A DNA stretch of 64,000 nt from Acidobacteriota bacterium (GTDB taxonomy: Bacteria; Acidobacteriota; Vicinamibacteria; Vicinamibacterales; CAVVIG01). Positions within the stretch are counted from its first letter, which is position 1. Every line of letters starts with the position of its first letter. The notes beneath the pieces were generated by a model. The model saw only the letters and a program-made list of their open reading frames with translations, made no database searches and was not told where the DNA came from. Below, piece by piece: positions 7,180-15,925 of this stretch. Where the stretch lies: the NCBI GenBank assembly GCA_043743165.1, contig JAYTXA010000066.1, positions 4,847-68,846 of the forward strand. Reading direction: 5' to 3'. Made by a program: the position numbers and the translations under genes.

Positions 7180-8919
7180 ATGCGCATCCGTCGCGTCGCG
7201 TCGCGCTTCGCCATCATGCTCGCCGCTGCTGCGCTCGTGCCGCTGGTGGCGTTTGGCGCCTGGTCGCTGGTCACCCTGCAGGGTGCGACGCGCGAGTCGG
7301 TTGTGACCTCGAACCTCGGCCTGGCAACGCGCGAAGCGGAGGACATCTCGCGCGACCTCGAAGGCGATGTCGACATCTTGCGCGCGCTGGCCGCCGACAT
7401 CCAGGACACCGGCCTCCAGCGCTGGCAGAAGGACCTGATCCTCAAGAACTACGCGCTGCGGTTCCGCGAGTTCCGCGAACTCACCCTGTTCGACCCGAAT
7501 GCCGCGGTGCTCGCCACCAGCCGCGTCGGACAGACACGGCTGACGGTGCCGGCCAGGACGCTACTGACCATCGGCGGGGTGTCGATGTCGCCCATCCACA
7601 TCGACGAAGACCTGCTGCCAACCAGCCTGTTCTCCGTGCCGCTGGTGGAGATCGGGCAGCCCGCCGGATGGCTCGTGGCGGAGTTGAGCCTCGAAGAGAT
7701 GTGGCGCATCGTCGAGAAGATCCGCGTCGGCTCGCACGGCTACGCGCTGCTCGTCGCCGCTGATGGACGCCTCATCGCGCACGGCAACCCGGACCAGCGC
7801 GCGCTCGTGGCGCGTGGCCAGCCCCTGGCAGGCCATCCGCTGCTGGCCGGTGGTTCAGCGGTGACGTGGAAGGAATACCTCGACCTGCGTGGCACCACAC
7901 AGCTCGGCGTGGCGGCGCGCGTGCCCAAACTGGGGTGGACGCTCATCATCGAGCAACCGACGGATGAAGCGTTCGCGACGGCGACGCGACTCGGCTGGCA
8001 GCTGGCGTTCGCGGCCATAGCCGCGCTGGTGCTGATGGTGACCATCGGTGTGGTCCTGGGCCGCCAGTTCATCGCGCCGATTTCGGCGCTCGAGGACGCC
8101 ACCCGGCGGCTCGCGGCCGGCGACTTCCACGCGCGCGCGACGGTGAGCGGCGCCGACGAGTTCGCACGCCTCGGCGGGTCGTTCAACACCATGGCCGATC
8201 GACTGGTGAAGCTGCAGGACGCCATCAAGAGCCAGGAGCGCCAGGTGATGTTCGGCCGTGTCGTCGCCGGCCTGTTCCACGACCTGAATCACCCGATCCA
8301 GAACATCGGCAATAACGCACGGCTCATGCTGCGCGACGATGTGGATGCCGAGACGCGGGTCACACTGCAGGCGACCATCGACCGCGAGCTCGGCACGCTG
8401 CGCCGCTTCATGGACGATGTGCTGAACGCGGCACGGCCGCGTCCGCTCGATCGCTTCCCGATGGAAGTGAACGGCTCCGTGAACGAGGTCGCCGACGCCA
8501 TGCGCGCCGAGAGCGACCGCGCGCGTGTGCTGATGGTGGTGCGGTGCGCGGCCGGCCCCCTCATCATCGATGCCGATCGCTTCGCCATCAGCCGCGTCTA
8601 TCGCAACCTGCTCACCAACGGGCTCCAGGCTACGCCGCCTGGTGGACGCGTCACCGTCAGCACGGCACGCATCGGCGGCCGCATCGAGATCAGCGTGACG
8701 GACACGGGGGGCGGCATTCCGCCCGAGCGCCTCGCGGCCATCTTCGACGACTTCGTCACGACGAAGCATCGCGGCCTTGGCCTCGGTCTCGCGACGTCAC
8801 GCCGCATCGTCGAGCAGCTCGGGGGCACCATCGCCGTCGTCAGCACGGTCGGCGAAGGCTCGACCTTCACGCTGCGCTTCGAAGCCAGCCCCGCGCAGGC
8901 GATAGAAGCCGCGAGCTAA
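7180..8919 (+). CDS. sensor histidine kinase (2 TM, periplasmic Cache-like domain, HAMP, HisKA, HATPase)
   Basis: Starts at MRIRRVASRFAIMLAAAALVPLV, 1 nt after the SBP stop. HAMP (APISALEDATRRLAAGDF), H-box LFHDLNHPIQN, N/G boxes NLLTNGLQAT, DTGGGIP, GLGLGLA. Confidence 0.9.
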   Translation: MRIRRVASRFAIMLAAAALVPLVAFGAWSLVTLQGATRESVVTSNLGLATREAEDISRDLEGDVDILRALAADIQDTGLQRWQKDLILKNYALRFREFRELTLFDPNAAVLATSRVGQTRLTVPARTLLTIGGVSMSPIHIDEDLLPTSLFSVPLVEIGQPAGWLVAELSLEEMWRIVEKIRVGSHGYALLVAADGRLIAHGNPDQRALVARGQPLAGHPLLAGGSAVTWKEYLDLRGTTQLGVAARVPKLGWTLIIEQPTDEAFATATRLGWQLAFAAIAALVLMVTIGVVLGRQFIAPISALEDATRRLAAGDFHARATVSGADEFARLGGSFNTMADRLVKLQDAIKSQERQVMFGRVVAGLFHDLNHPIQNIGNNARLMLRDDVDAETRVTLQATIDRELGTLRRFMDDVLNAARPRPLDRFPMEVNGSVNEVADAMRAESDRARVLMVVRCAAGPLIIDADRFAISRVYRNLLTNGLQATPPGGRVTVSTARIGGRIEISVTDTGGGIPPERLAAIFDDFVTTKHRGLGLGLATSRRIVEQLGGTIAVVSTVGEGSTFTLRFEASPAQAIEAAS

Positions 8920-8934
8920 AACGTTCCGAGAGGC

Positions 8935-8977
8935 GTAGCTGCCGAGGAGAAGTGTCGCTGCCGACCTTCAGGTCGGC
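8935..8977. repeat. REP-like hairpin element, copy 1
   Basis: GTAGCTGCCGAG..TCGCTGCCGACCTTCAGGTCGGCT. The perfect 7-bp stem GCCGACC/GGTCGGC with a TTCA loop is at 8960-8977, just after the kinase stop. Confidence 0.5.
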
Positions 8978-9121
8978 TGGATTCAGTTGTGCGGGAGATT
9001 GCTGGCGGGAGCGATCCGGTGGTGAGGGGAGCGCAGCGGCCCGACGTGCCTGGCCGCCGCGCTGCTCTCCACCGCGGTGCACACAGATCGTTGTGTGGGG
9101 AGCGCGTCTTGAACGACGAGC

Positions 9122-9421
9122 CTACTTGCGCGGAAGAACGGCGTCCTTCAGCTGCTTGGTGATGCGCGCCTTCACCACCGTCTTGGCTGGAATCTTGATC
9201 GCCTCGCCAGTGGCAGGGTTGCGGCCCATGCGAGCCTTGCGCTTCTGGACGACCAGTTTCACCATTCCGGGCAGCACGAATTCGCCGGATTTCTTGAGTT
9301 CCCTCTCGGCCAGCTGCGCCAGCTCATCGAAGAACTCGCGAGCCTGCGTGCGCTTGACCTCGAACCGTTCCGCGAAATGCGAGAACAGCTCGGACTTGCC
9401 CATGCGGCGGGCGTCAGCCAT
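9122..9421 (-). CDS. HU/IHF-family DNA-binding protein
   Basis: MADARRMGKSELF..GRNPATGEAIKIPAKTVVKARI (HU arm motif). GAGGAG RBS upstream of ATG 9421; alternative start at 9403. Confidence 0.9.
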   Translation of the reverse strand: MADARRMGKSELFSHFAERFEVKRTQAREFFDELAQLAERELKKSGEFVLPGMVKLVVQKRKARMGRNPATGEAIKIPAKTVVKARITKQLKDAVLPRK

Positions 9422-9584
9422 GTTGATATCTCCTCGTGTCGATCGCGCGTTAGTGAGTGGACCATCGATCACCGCGCGCGCGGCGAAGACCGAGGCGTTC
9501 GCTGTGAAATTGGCCTCATGCTATCCCGCATTTTCAGCCACTGTCAAACAGTGAGATCGCAAAAAACGCGATTTTTCTGAGGGA

Positions 9585-9950
9585 ATGTTAGAATTTCACG
9601 CTATGTCAAGCTCGACCCTCGAGACGTTCCCCAACCCGCGTCCCGCGCGCGATTTCGAAGTCACCATCAGTTGTCCGGAGTTCACATCGGTTTGTCCGAT
9701 GACCGGACTGCCCGACTTCGGCGAGATCCGAATCGTCTACGTGCCCGACGCGTTGTGCGTCGAATTGAAGTCGTTGAAGTACTACATGCTCGAGTTCCGG
9801 AACAAGGGCATCTTCTACGAAGCCGCCACCAACCAGATTCTCGACGACCTCGTCGCAGCGCTCTCGCCCCGTCGCATGACCGTGACGGGCCACTTCTCCG
9901 CCCGCGGCGGCATCACCACCAGCGTCACCGCTACCCACTCGACGGCGTAG
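9585..9950 (+). CDS. queF: NADPH-dependent 7-cyano-7-deazaguanine (preQ0) reductase
   Basis: CPEFTSVCPMTGLPDFGEIRIVYVPD..VELKSLKYYMLEFRN, the type-I QueF signature. Alternative start ATG 9603 (MSSSTLETF). Confidence 0.9.
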   Translation: MLEFHAMSSSTLETFPNPRPARDFEVTISCPEFTSVCPMTGLPDFGEIRIVYVPDALCVELKSLKYYMLEFRNKGIFYEAATNQILDDLVAALSPRRMTVTGHFSARGGITTSVTATHSTA

Positions 9951-10136
9951 CCAGGCCGGACCTCGGACGACGCACGCCGGACCGACGCGCCGAGCGCGAA
10001 CGCGCCTGCACATTCGTAACGTGACGCGCGAAATCCGTGGCGCGTACGCCCCGTCCACATCTGTAAGTGCAGCGACGGTTCTGCGGATGCGCGACTTCAG
10101 GCCTGAATTCGTGAACTTCCGGCATCTGCCGCACGC

Positions 10137-11168
10137 ATGGACGCACGCTCGGTCAGGAACGGCGCTTGCCTTTCCCGTGGTGAGGTCCTTGCTGACACCA
10201 TGCCACTGCTGCTTGCGATCGAACCCGATGCACGACAGGCGGCCTGCCTGACGGCACTCGTGCCGGCGCATCTCACCGCGAACCTCGTCCTCGTGACGTC
10301 CGTGGACGACGCACTCACCGCCCTCGAGCAGCAGCGGCCAGACCTGGTGCTCACCACGCCGTGCCTCAGCGCGTCTGACCAGGCGGTGTTGCTGGCGAGG
10401 CTGGGCGCCAGTAACGGGCACTACCCGGTCGTGCCGACCCTGGCGATTCCACGCTTCACAGCCGACCCGACGTCGCCACGCGGCCCGCACGGAGTGCTGG
10501 CGCGGCTGCGCCGTCCGCGCTCGCCGCGAGGCACACCCGACTGCGAGCCGGCGGCCTTTGCCGCGCAGATCACCGAATGCCTTGCACTGGCGGAGGCCGT
10601 GCGGCGCGCCTGCGCACAGGCCACAACCGGAGGAATGCCTGGCACCACACTGCCGGAGTCGGATGCAGCGACTGCGGCGATACAGCTTCGCGTGACTGCC
10701 GAATCCGAACGTGCCGACGACCCAGCCGTCGATGGTGGGTGGCTCGACCTCGAGCCGTTCCTCGACGACGAGACGATGGCCGAGAGGCTGCGGCATGCAC
10801 ACGACGCTGATGGACTGCAGGAGCCAGATGTCATCGAACTGCCCCCGCCTGACGAGCTGTGGGCGCAGCTTGCGCCCGGCTACACCGCGCGGATGGCGCC
10901 ACTCGAAGGGCCGTCGATGAGTCCGCGGGCAGCGCACGCCGCGACGCACGGGGGGAGCAGCAACATGGAAGCACCCGAGGCTGTGGGCGTTCCGCTGCGG
11001 CTGGTGCGCGCACGCACCGGTTCAGACCGGCCGATGCAGGACGAGTGGGGCCTCTACGACCCCGAGCAGTGCGGGTTTGCGGCGTTGCGACTGCGCCTCG
11101 AGGAACTGGCTGACGACGACCGACGCGAGCAGGACCGCGTCACTCGCTCTGCTATTATTCGCCGGTGA
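10137..11168 (+). CDS. hypothetical protein with N-terminal receiver-like (probably pseudo-receiver) domain
   Basis: The likely start is ATG 10200 (MPLLLAIEPDARQ..). The domain has a CheY-like beta-alpha pattern, but DLVLTTPCLS sits where DLVLLDxxMP is expected. The stop overlaps the GTG of the next gene (GTGA). Confidence 0.4.
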   Translation: MDARSVRNGACLSRGEVLADTMPLLLAIEPDARQAACLTALVPAHLTANLVLVTSVDDALTALEQQRPDLVLTTPCLSASDQAVLLARLGASNGHYPVVPTLAIPRFTADPTSPRGPHGVLARLRRPRSPRGTPDCEPAAFAAQITECLALAEAVRRACAQATTGGMPGTTLPESDAATAAIQLRVTAESERADDPAVDGGWLDLEPFLDDETMAERLRHAHDADGLQEPDVIELPPPDELWAQLAPGYTARMAPLEGPSMSPRAAHAATHGGSSNMEAPEAVGVPLRLVRARTGSDRPMQDEWGLYDPEQCGFAALRLRLEELADDDRREQDRVTRSAIIRR

Positions 11169-13780
11169 CGTCTTCCAGGGCGCGCGCCCTGATGCTGAGT
11201 GGGCTGTTGGCGCTGGCCGCGCCGGCCGCCGCCCAGGTCCCCACGCCAGACGCCCACTTCGGTTTCAGGCTCGGATCCGATCGTCGGCTTGCGACCGCTG
11301 ACGACATCGCCCGCTACTTCACCCGTGTCGCGTCGCAGACCGATCGCGTCACGCTGATCGACCTCGGCAACACCACCGACGGGCATGCCATGCCGGCCGC
11401 CGTGGTGAGCGCGCCGGAGAACATCCGCAACCTCGACCAGATACGCGCCGCCAACCTCCGCCTCTCCGACCCGCGCACGCTCGAGCCTGACGAGGCCAGG
11501 CGTCTGGCTGCGACGCAGAAGGTCATTGTCGCCATCGGCGGCAGCATTCACGCGTCGGAGGTTGGCGCCGCGCAGGCCGCCAGCGAGCTTTTGTACACGC
11601 TGGTGACCGCCACCGACGCGCAGACGCTGGCCGTGCTGCAGAACGTCGTGGTGGTGCTCATCCCGTCACTGAACCCCGATGGCCAGCGACTGGTGGCCGA
11701 CTGGTACGAGAAGCACAAAGGCACGCCGTGGGAGGGCGGGCCGATGCCGTGGCTCTACCAGAAGTACGCCGGGCACGACATCAATCGCGACGCGTTCATG
11801 ATGAACCTGGCGGAGAACCGCAATCTCGCACGGTTCATGTACAGCGACTGGCACCCGCAGGTCTTCCTCACCATGCACCAGATGGAAGAGAACGGACCGC
11901 GGTTCTTCGTGCCGCCGAACACCGATCCGATCGACCCCAACTCCGACCCGCTCATCTGGCGATCCGCCGCGCTGCTCGGCAGCGGCATGGCGCTGCAGAT
12001 GCAGGCTGAAGGCAAGTCGGGCGTCGTCTCGAGCGCGAAGTACGACTACTACTGGCCCGGCTTCGAGGACTCGGCGCCGATCGGCCACAACACCGTCTGC
12101 CTGCTGACCGAGGTGGCCAGCGTCGACGTGGCCACGCCCGTGAACGTGCCGGCGACGGAACTGCGCGCCGGCTTCAAGGGACTCGCCGACTACCGTCCGC
12201 AGATCAATTTCCCCGACCCATGGCCCGGCGGCCGCTGGACGCTGCGCGACATCGTCGACTACGACCTGAGCGCGGTGCGCGGGTTGCTCGTCGCGGCGTC
12301 GGCGTATCGCGAACAGCTCGTGCTGAACTTCTACACCATGGGGCTGCGCGCCGTAGAAAAGGGGCGCCAGGGCGGACCGTTCGCGTTCCTCATTCCTCCC
12401 GAGCAGCACGATCCGCTCACCACCGCCCGGCTCGAGGAACTACTGCTCGCCGGCGCGATCGAGATCCAGCGCGCGATGGAGCCGTTCCGCGCCGACGGCG
12501 AGCCGTATCCGGAGGGCACGGACATCATCTTCATGACGCAGCCGTACCGGGCGTACGTGAAGTCGCTGCTCGAGCGCCAGAGCTATCCCGCGCGGCGCAT
12601 TGCCCCGAACGGACCGCCCGAGCGCCCCTACGACGTGGCTGGCTGGACGTTGCCGATGCAGATGGGCGTCAGCGTGGTCACCATCGAGCGCCGGTTCGAG
12701 CCGCCGTCGCTCACGCGCGTCACGACGCCACGCCTGCTGCAGGGCTCGGTGTGGGGCGAACGCAAGCCGGCCTACTGGGTCATAGACGGGCGCGGCAACG
12801 GGGCGGCGCTGGCGGTGAACCGGCTGCTGGCCGCCGGCGCCATGCCGTCGTGGACGACGACCGGACTCGACACGCTCGGGTTACACCACACCGCCGGCGC
12901 CATCGTCGTGCCGTACGTGCGGAACAGCGAAGCCGTGGTGGCGCGTGTCGCCCACGACCTCGGATTGCGCGTGGACGGCATGAAGGGCAAGCTGCCGCCG
13001 AAGCTCCAGCCGATCGGCCGGTCGCGAGTCGCGGTGTACAAGCCGTGGACCGCCAGCATCGATGAAGGCTGGACGCGGTTCGTCCTCGATCAGTTTGAAT
13101 TCACATATTCCGGGCTGACCGATCAGCAGGTGCGCGCCGGCAATTTGCGCGCGCAGTTCGACGCCATCGTGCTGCCGAACGTTCCGGGCAACATGCTGAC
13201 GGCCGGCTACGCGTCTGACGTCGTACCGCCGGACTATGCCGGCGGCCTCGGCGATGCGGGCATCGAGGCATTGCGGCAATTCACGCGGGCCGGCGGCAGC
13301 CTCATCTGCCTGGGTGCATCGGGCGGACTGGCTATCGGTGCGTTCGAGCTGCCGGTGCGCGACCTTGCGCGTGAGAACGACGACCGCCTCTTCGTCCCCG
13401 GCTCCATTGTCAGGCTGACGCTCGACCCGACGCATCCGCTCTCGTTCGGCATGCAGCCGGACACCGCGGCGTTCTTCGCCTTCAGCTCGGTGTACGCCGC
13501 CGCGTCTGCGACAGCACGCGCCGAAGAGCCGCGCGATCCGTCGCTGGCCGCCGGTGTGAAGACCGTGGCGCACTACGGCGAACGCGACGTGCTGCTGAGC
13601 GGCTGGCTCGAGGGCGAATCGATCCTGGCCGGACGGGCCGCTATCCTGGAAGCGCCCGTCGGCAGCGGACGCGTGGTGCTGTTCGGCTTTCCCGTGCAGC
13701 ACCGCGGCCAGGCGCACGCCACGTTCCGCCTGCTGTTCAACGCGCTGTTCACGTCGCCGCAGGGGCCGGTGAAGAAATAG
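11165..13780 (+). CDS. secreted M14-family zinc carboxypeptidase-like protein
   Basis: 871 aa. Signal peptide ALMLSGLLALAAPAAAQ, and an HxxE zinc motif in GGSIHASEVG. The long C-terminal extension is of unknown function. Confidence 0.75.
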   Translation: MTSSRARALMLSGLLALAAPAAAQVPTPDAHFGFRLGSDRRLATADDIARYFTRVASQTDRVTLIDLGNTTDGHAMPAAVVSAPENIRNLDQIRAANLRLSDPRTLEPDEARRLAATQKVIVAIGGSIHASEVGAAQAASELLYTLVTATDAQTLAVLQNVVVVLIPSLNPDGQRLVADWYEKHKGTPWEGGPMPWLYQKYAGHDINRDAFMMNLAENRNLARFMYSDWHPQVFLTMHQMEENGPRFFVPPNTDPIDPNSDPLIWRSAALLGSGMALQMQAEGKSGVVSSAKYDYYWPGFEDSAPIGHNTVCLLTEVASVDVATPVNVPATELRAGFKGLADYRPQINFPDPWPGGRWTLRDIVDYDLSAVRGLLVAASAYREQLVLNFYTMGLRAVEKGRQGGPFAFLIPPEQHDPLTTARLEELLLAGAIEIQRAMEPFRADGEPYPEGTDIIFMTQPYRAYVKSLLERQSYPARRIAPNGPPERPYDVAGWTLPMQMGVSVVTIERRFEPPSLTRVTTPRLLQGSVWGERKPAYWVIDGRGNGAALAVNRLLAAGAMPSWTTTGLDTLGLHHTAGAIVVPYVRNSEAVVARVAHDLGLRVDGMKGKLPPKLQPIGRSRVAVYKPWTASIDEGWTRFVLDQFEFTYSGLTDQQVRAGNLRAQFDAIVLPNVPGNMLTAGYASDVVPPDYAGGLGDAGIEALRQFTRAGGSLICLGASGGLAIGAFELPVRDLARENDDRLFVPGSIVRLTLDPTHPLSFGMQPDTAAFFAFSSVYAAASATARAEEPRDPSLAAGVKTVAHYGERDVLLSGWLEGESILAGRAAILEAPVGSGRVVLFGFPVQHRGQAHATFRLLFNALFTSPQGPVKK

Positions 13781-13801
13781 GCTCCTCGCCAACCAACACG
13801 C

Positions 13802-15925
13802 ATGACCGATACGTACAAGAACATCGAGAAGCTCGAGAAGGATCTCTGGGCGGCCGCCGACCAGCTTCGCGCCAACTCGAAACTCACCTCCAGCGACTAC
13901 TTCATGCCGGTGCTCGGCGTGATCTTCCTCCGTCATGCCGCGAACCGTTTCGATGGAGCGGCCAGGCAGATTGCGGCCGATCAGGCCAGCGGCAAGATGC
14001 CGAAGCGACGCGTCCGCCCGGAAGACTACGTGGCCAGGCGCTCGCTCTTTCTGCCTGAGAACGCCCGCTACGACTGGCTGATGGAACAGGCCTCGGTGCG
14101 TGGCGGCGACCTGCCGGCGTTGGTCACGGCCGCGATGAGCGCCATCGAAGCGTCGTTCGAGCCGCTCTCGGGTGTGCTGCCGAAGGACTACGGCATCTTC
14201 GAACCGAAGGTGCTCGAAGACCTGATGCGATTGTTCAACAGCGAGCAGGTGAAGACCGCCACCGGCGACGTGTTCGGCCGGATCTACGAGTATTTTCTGG
14301 CTGAGTTCTCGGTTCAGAAAGCGCACGACAACGGCGAGTTCTTCACCCCCTCCTCACTCGTCCAGACCATCGTCAATGTGATCGAGCCGGATCACGGCAC
14401 CGTGTTCGACCCGGCCTGCGGCTCCGGCGGCATGTTCGTGCAGTCGAGCCACTTCATCGAGAACGAGGGCGAGGACACGGCGAAGAAGGTGGTGTTCTAC
14501 GGCCAGGAGAAGAACCGGGACACCATCCGCATCGCGAAGATGAACCTGGCGGTGCACGGGTTGGACGGCAGGATTGCCGAGGCCATCACCTACTACCAGG
14601 ACGAACACACGCTGGCCGGCCGCTGCGACTTCGTCATGGCCAATCCGCCGTTCAATGTCGACCTGGTGGACGGCGAGCGCATCAAGAGCGATCCCCGGCT
14701 GCCGTTCGGGCTGCCGGGCGTGAACAAACAGAAGAAGGTGGGGAACGGGAACTACCTCTGGATCTCCTACTTCTGGAGCTACCTAAACGAGAAGGGGCGA
14801 GCCGGGTTCGTGATGTCGTCGCAGGCTTCCAGCGCCGGGCACGGCGAGAAGGAGGTGCGCCGGAAGATTGTGGAGACCGGCGACGTCGACGTGATGATTT
14901 CCGTCCGCTCGAACTTCTTCTACACGCGATCGGTGCCGTGCGAACTGTGGCACTTCGACCGGAACAAGCCGGCCGAGCGGCGCGACAGCGTGCTGATGCT
15001 GGACGCGCGCAACATCTACCGCAAGGTCACCCGCAAGATCTTCGACTTCACGCCTGAGCAACTCCGCAACATTGCCGCCATCGTCTGGCTCTATCGCGGC
15101 CAGCAGGAGCGGTTTCTCGCGCTTGTGCAGGACTACCTGGCTCGCGTATGCGCGGAGAGCACGGCGGCCCTCGCGGCGCTGGCACCGTTCGAGACAACAC
15201 TGGCGGACGTGCGGGCCAGGCTCGAGGCCGCGACTGGCGCGGTGGCTGCCTCGTCGGAGGTCGACGCCACGAAGAAGCAGGCCCTCACCGAGGCGTCCAC
15301 CGAACTGGCCGCCGCTGCGGCAGCGTATACGACAGACGCGCAGGCCTTGCGCACCGGCGTCGGCGCGTTCGTGCGCACGCATCCGTCCGAGACCGCTGCC
15401 AGCAACGACGCACAGCACGGCGCACGTAAGGCGTTCGAGCCGCACGCCGAGGCGCTGCGCGGGCTGGTGAAGCAGGTGGACCTACTCTACAAGCTGGCGT
15501 CGCGCGCGGCGGACCTGACGGGCGAGCTTTCATCGGGCGACGATGCGATATCGGCCGTGTATGAGCGGCGCGGCACAGGCCGGGTGGTGAAGCAGCTCGA
15601 AGAAGCGCGGAAGAGCGCCGTGGAGCAGTTGAAGCTGGCGGCGTACTTCCACCGGCAGGTGGCGTGGCTGCAGGACCGCTTCCCGAACGCGGAGTTCGTC
15701 GCGGTGCCTGGATTGGTGAAGCTCGTCACGCGCAGCGAGATCGAAGCTGCAGATTGGAGCCTCACGCCGGGGCGCTATGTTGGCGTGGCACCGGCGGCGG
15801 TGGACGAGGACTTCGACTTCGAGCAGACGATGCGGGACATCCACACTGAGTTGGCTGACTTGAATCGGGAAGCTTCTGAGCTTGCGGCGGCGATCCAAAC
15901 GAACCTCGAGTGGTTCGGGGTATGA
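13802..15925 (+). CDS. hsdM: Type I restriction-modification methyltransferase subunit
   Basis: 707 aa. HsdM N-terminal domain, motif I DPACGSGGMF, motif IV FVMANPPFN. Long Ala-rich coiled-coil C-terminal region. Confidence 0.95.
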   Translation: MTDTYKNIEKLEKDLWAAADQLRANSKLTSSDYFMPVLGVIFLRHAANRFDGAARQIAADQASGKMPKRRVRPEDYVARRSLFLPENARYDWLMEQASVRGGDLPALVTAAMSAIEASFEPLSGVLPKDYGIFEPKVLEDLMRLFNSEQVKTATGDVFGRIYEYFLAEFSVQKAHDNGEFFTPSSLVQTIVNVIEPDHGTVFDPACGSGGMFVQSSHFIENEGEDTAKKVVFYGQEKNRDTIRIAKMNLAVHGLDGRIAEAITYYQDEHTLAGRCDFVMANPPFNVDLVDGERIKSDPRLPFGLPGVNKQKKVGNGNYLWISYFWSYLNEKGRAGFVMSSQASSAGHGEKEVRRKIVETGDVDVMISVRSNFFYTRSVPCELWHFDRNKPAERRDSVLMLDARNIYRKVTRKIFDFTPEQLRNIAAIVWLYRGQQERFLALVQDYLARVCAESTAALAALAPFETTLADVRARLEAATGAVAASSEVDATKKQALTEASTELAAAAAAYTTDAQALRTGVGAFVRTHPSETAASNDAQHGARKAFEPHAEALRGLVKQVDLLYKLASRAADLTGELSSGDDAISAVYERRGTGRVVKQLEEARKSAVEQLKLAAYFHRQVAWLQDRFPNAEFVAVPGLVKLVTRSEIEAADWSLTPGRYVGVAPAAVDEDFDFEQTMRDIHTELADLNREASELAAAIQTNLEWFGV

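Noticed and set aside
9080-9097. CACACA-GATCGT-TGTGTG hairpin downstream of the HU gene, considered as an intrinsic terminator.
   Set aside because: The stem is a short 6 bp and no U-tract follows in the HU (minus) orientation, so it cannot be supported as a terminator.
9473-9584. preQ1 riboswitch or other structured leader before queF.
   Set aside because: No preQ1-I/II consensus is recognisable. There is only a short A/T-rich hairpin.
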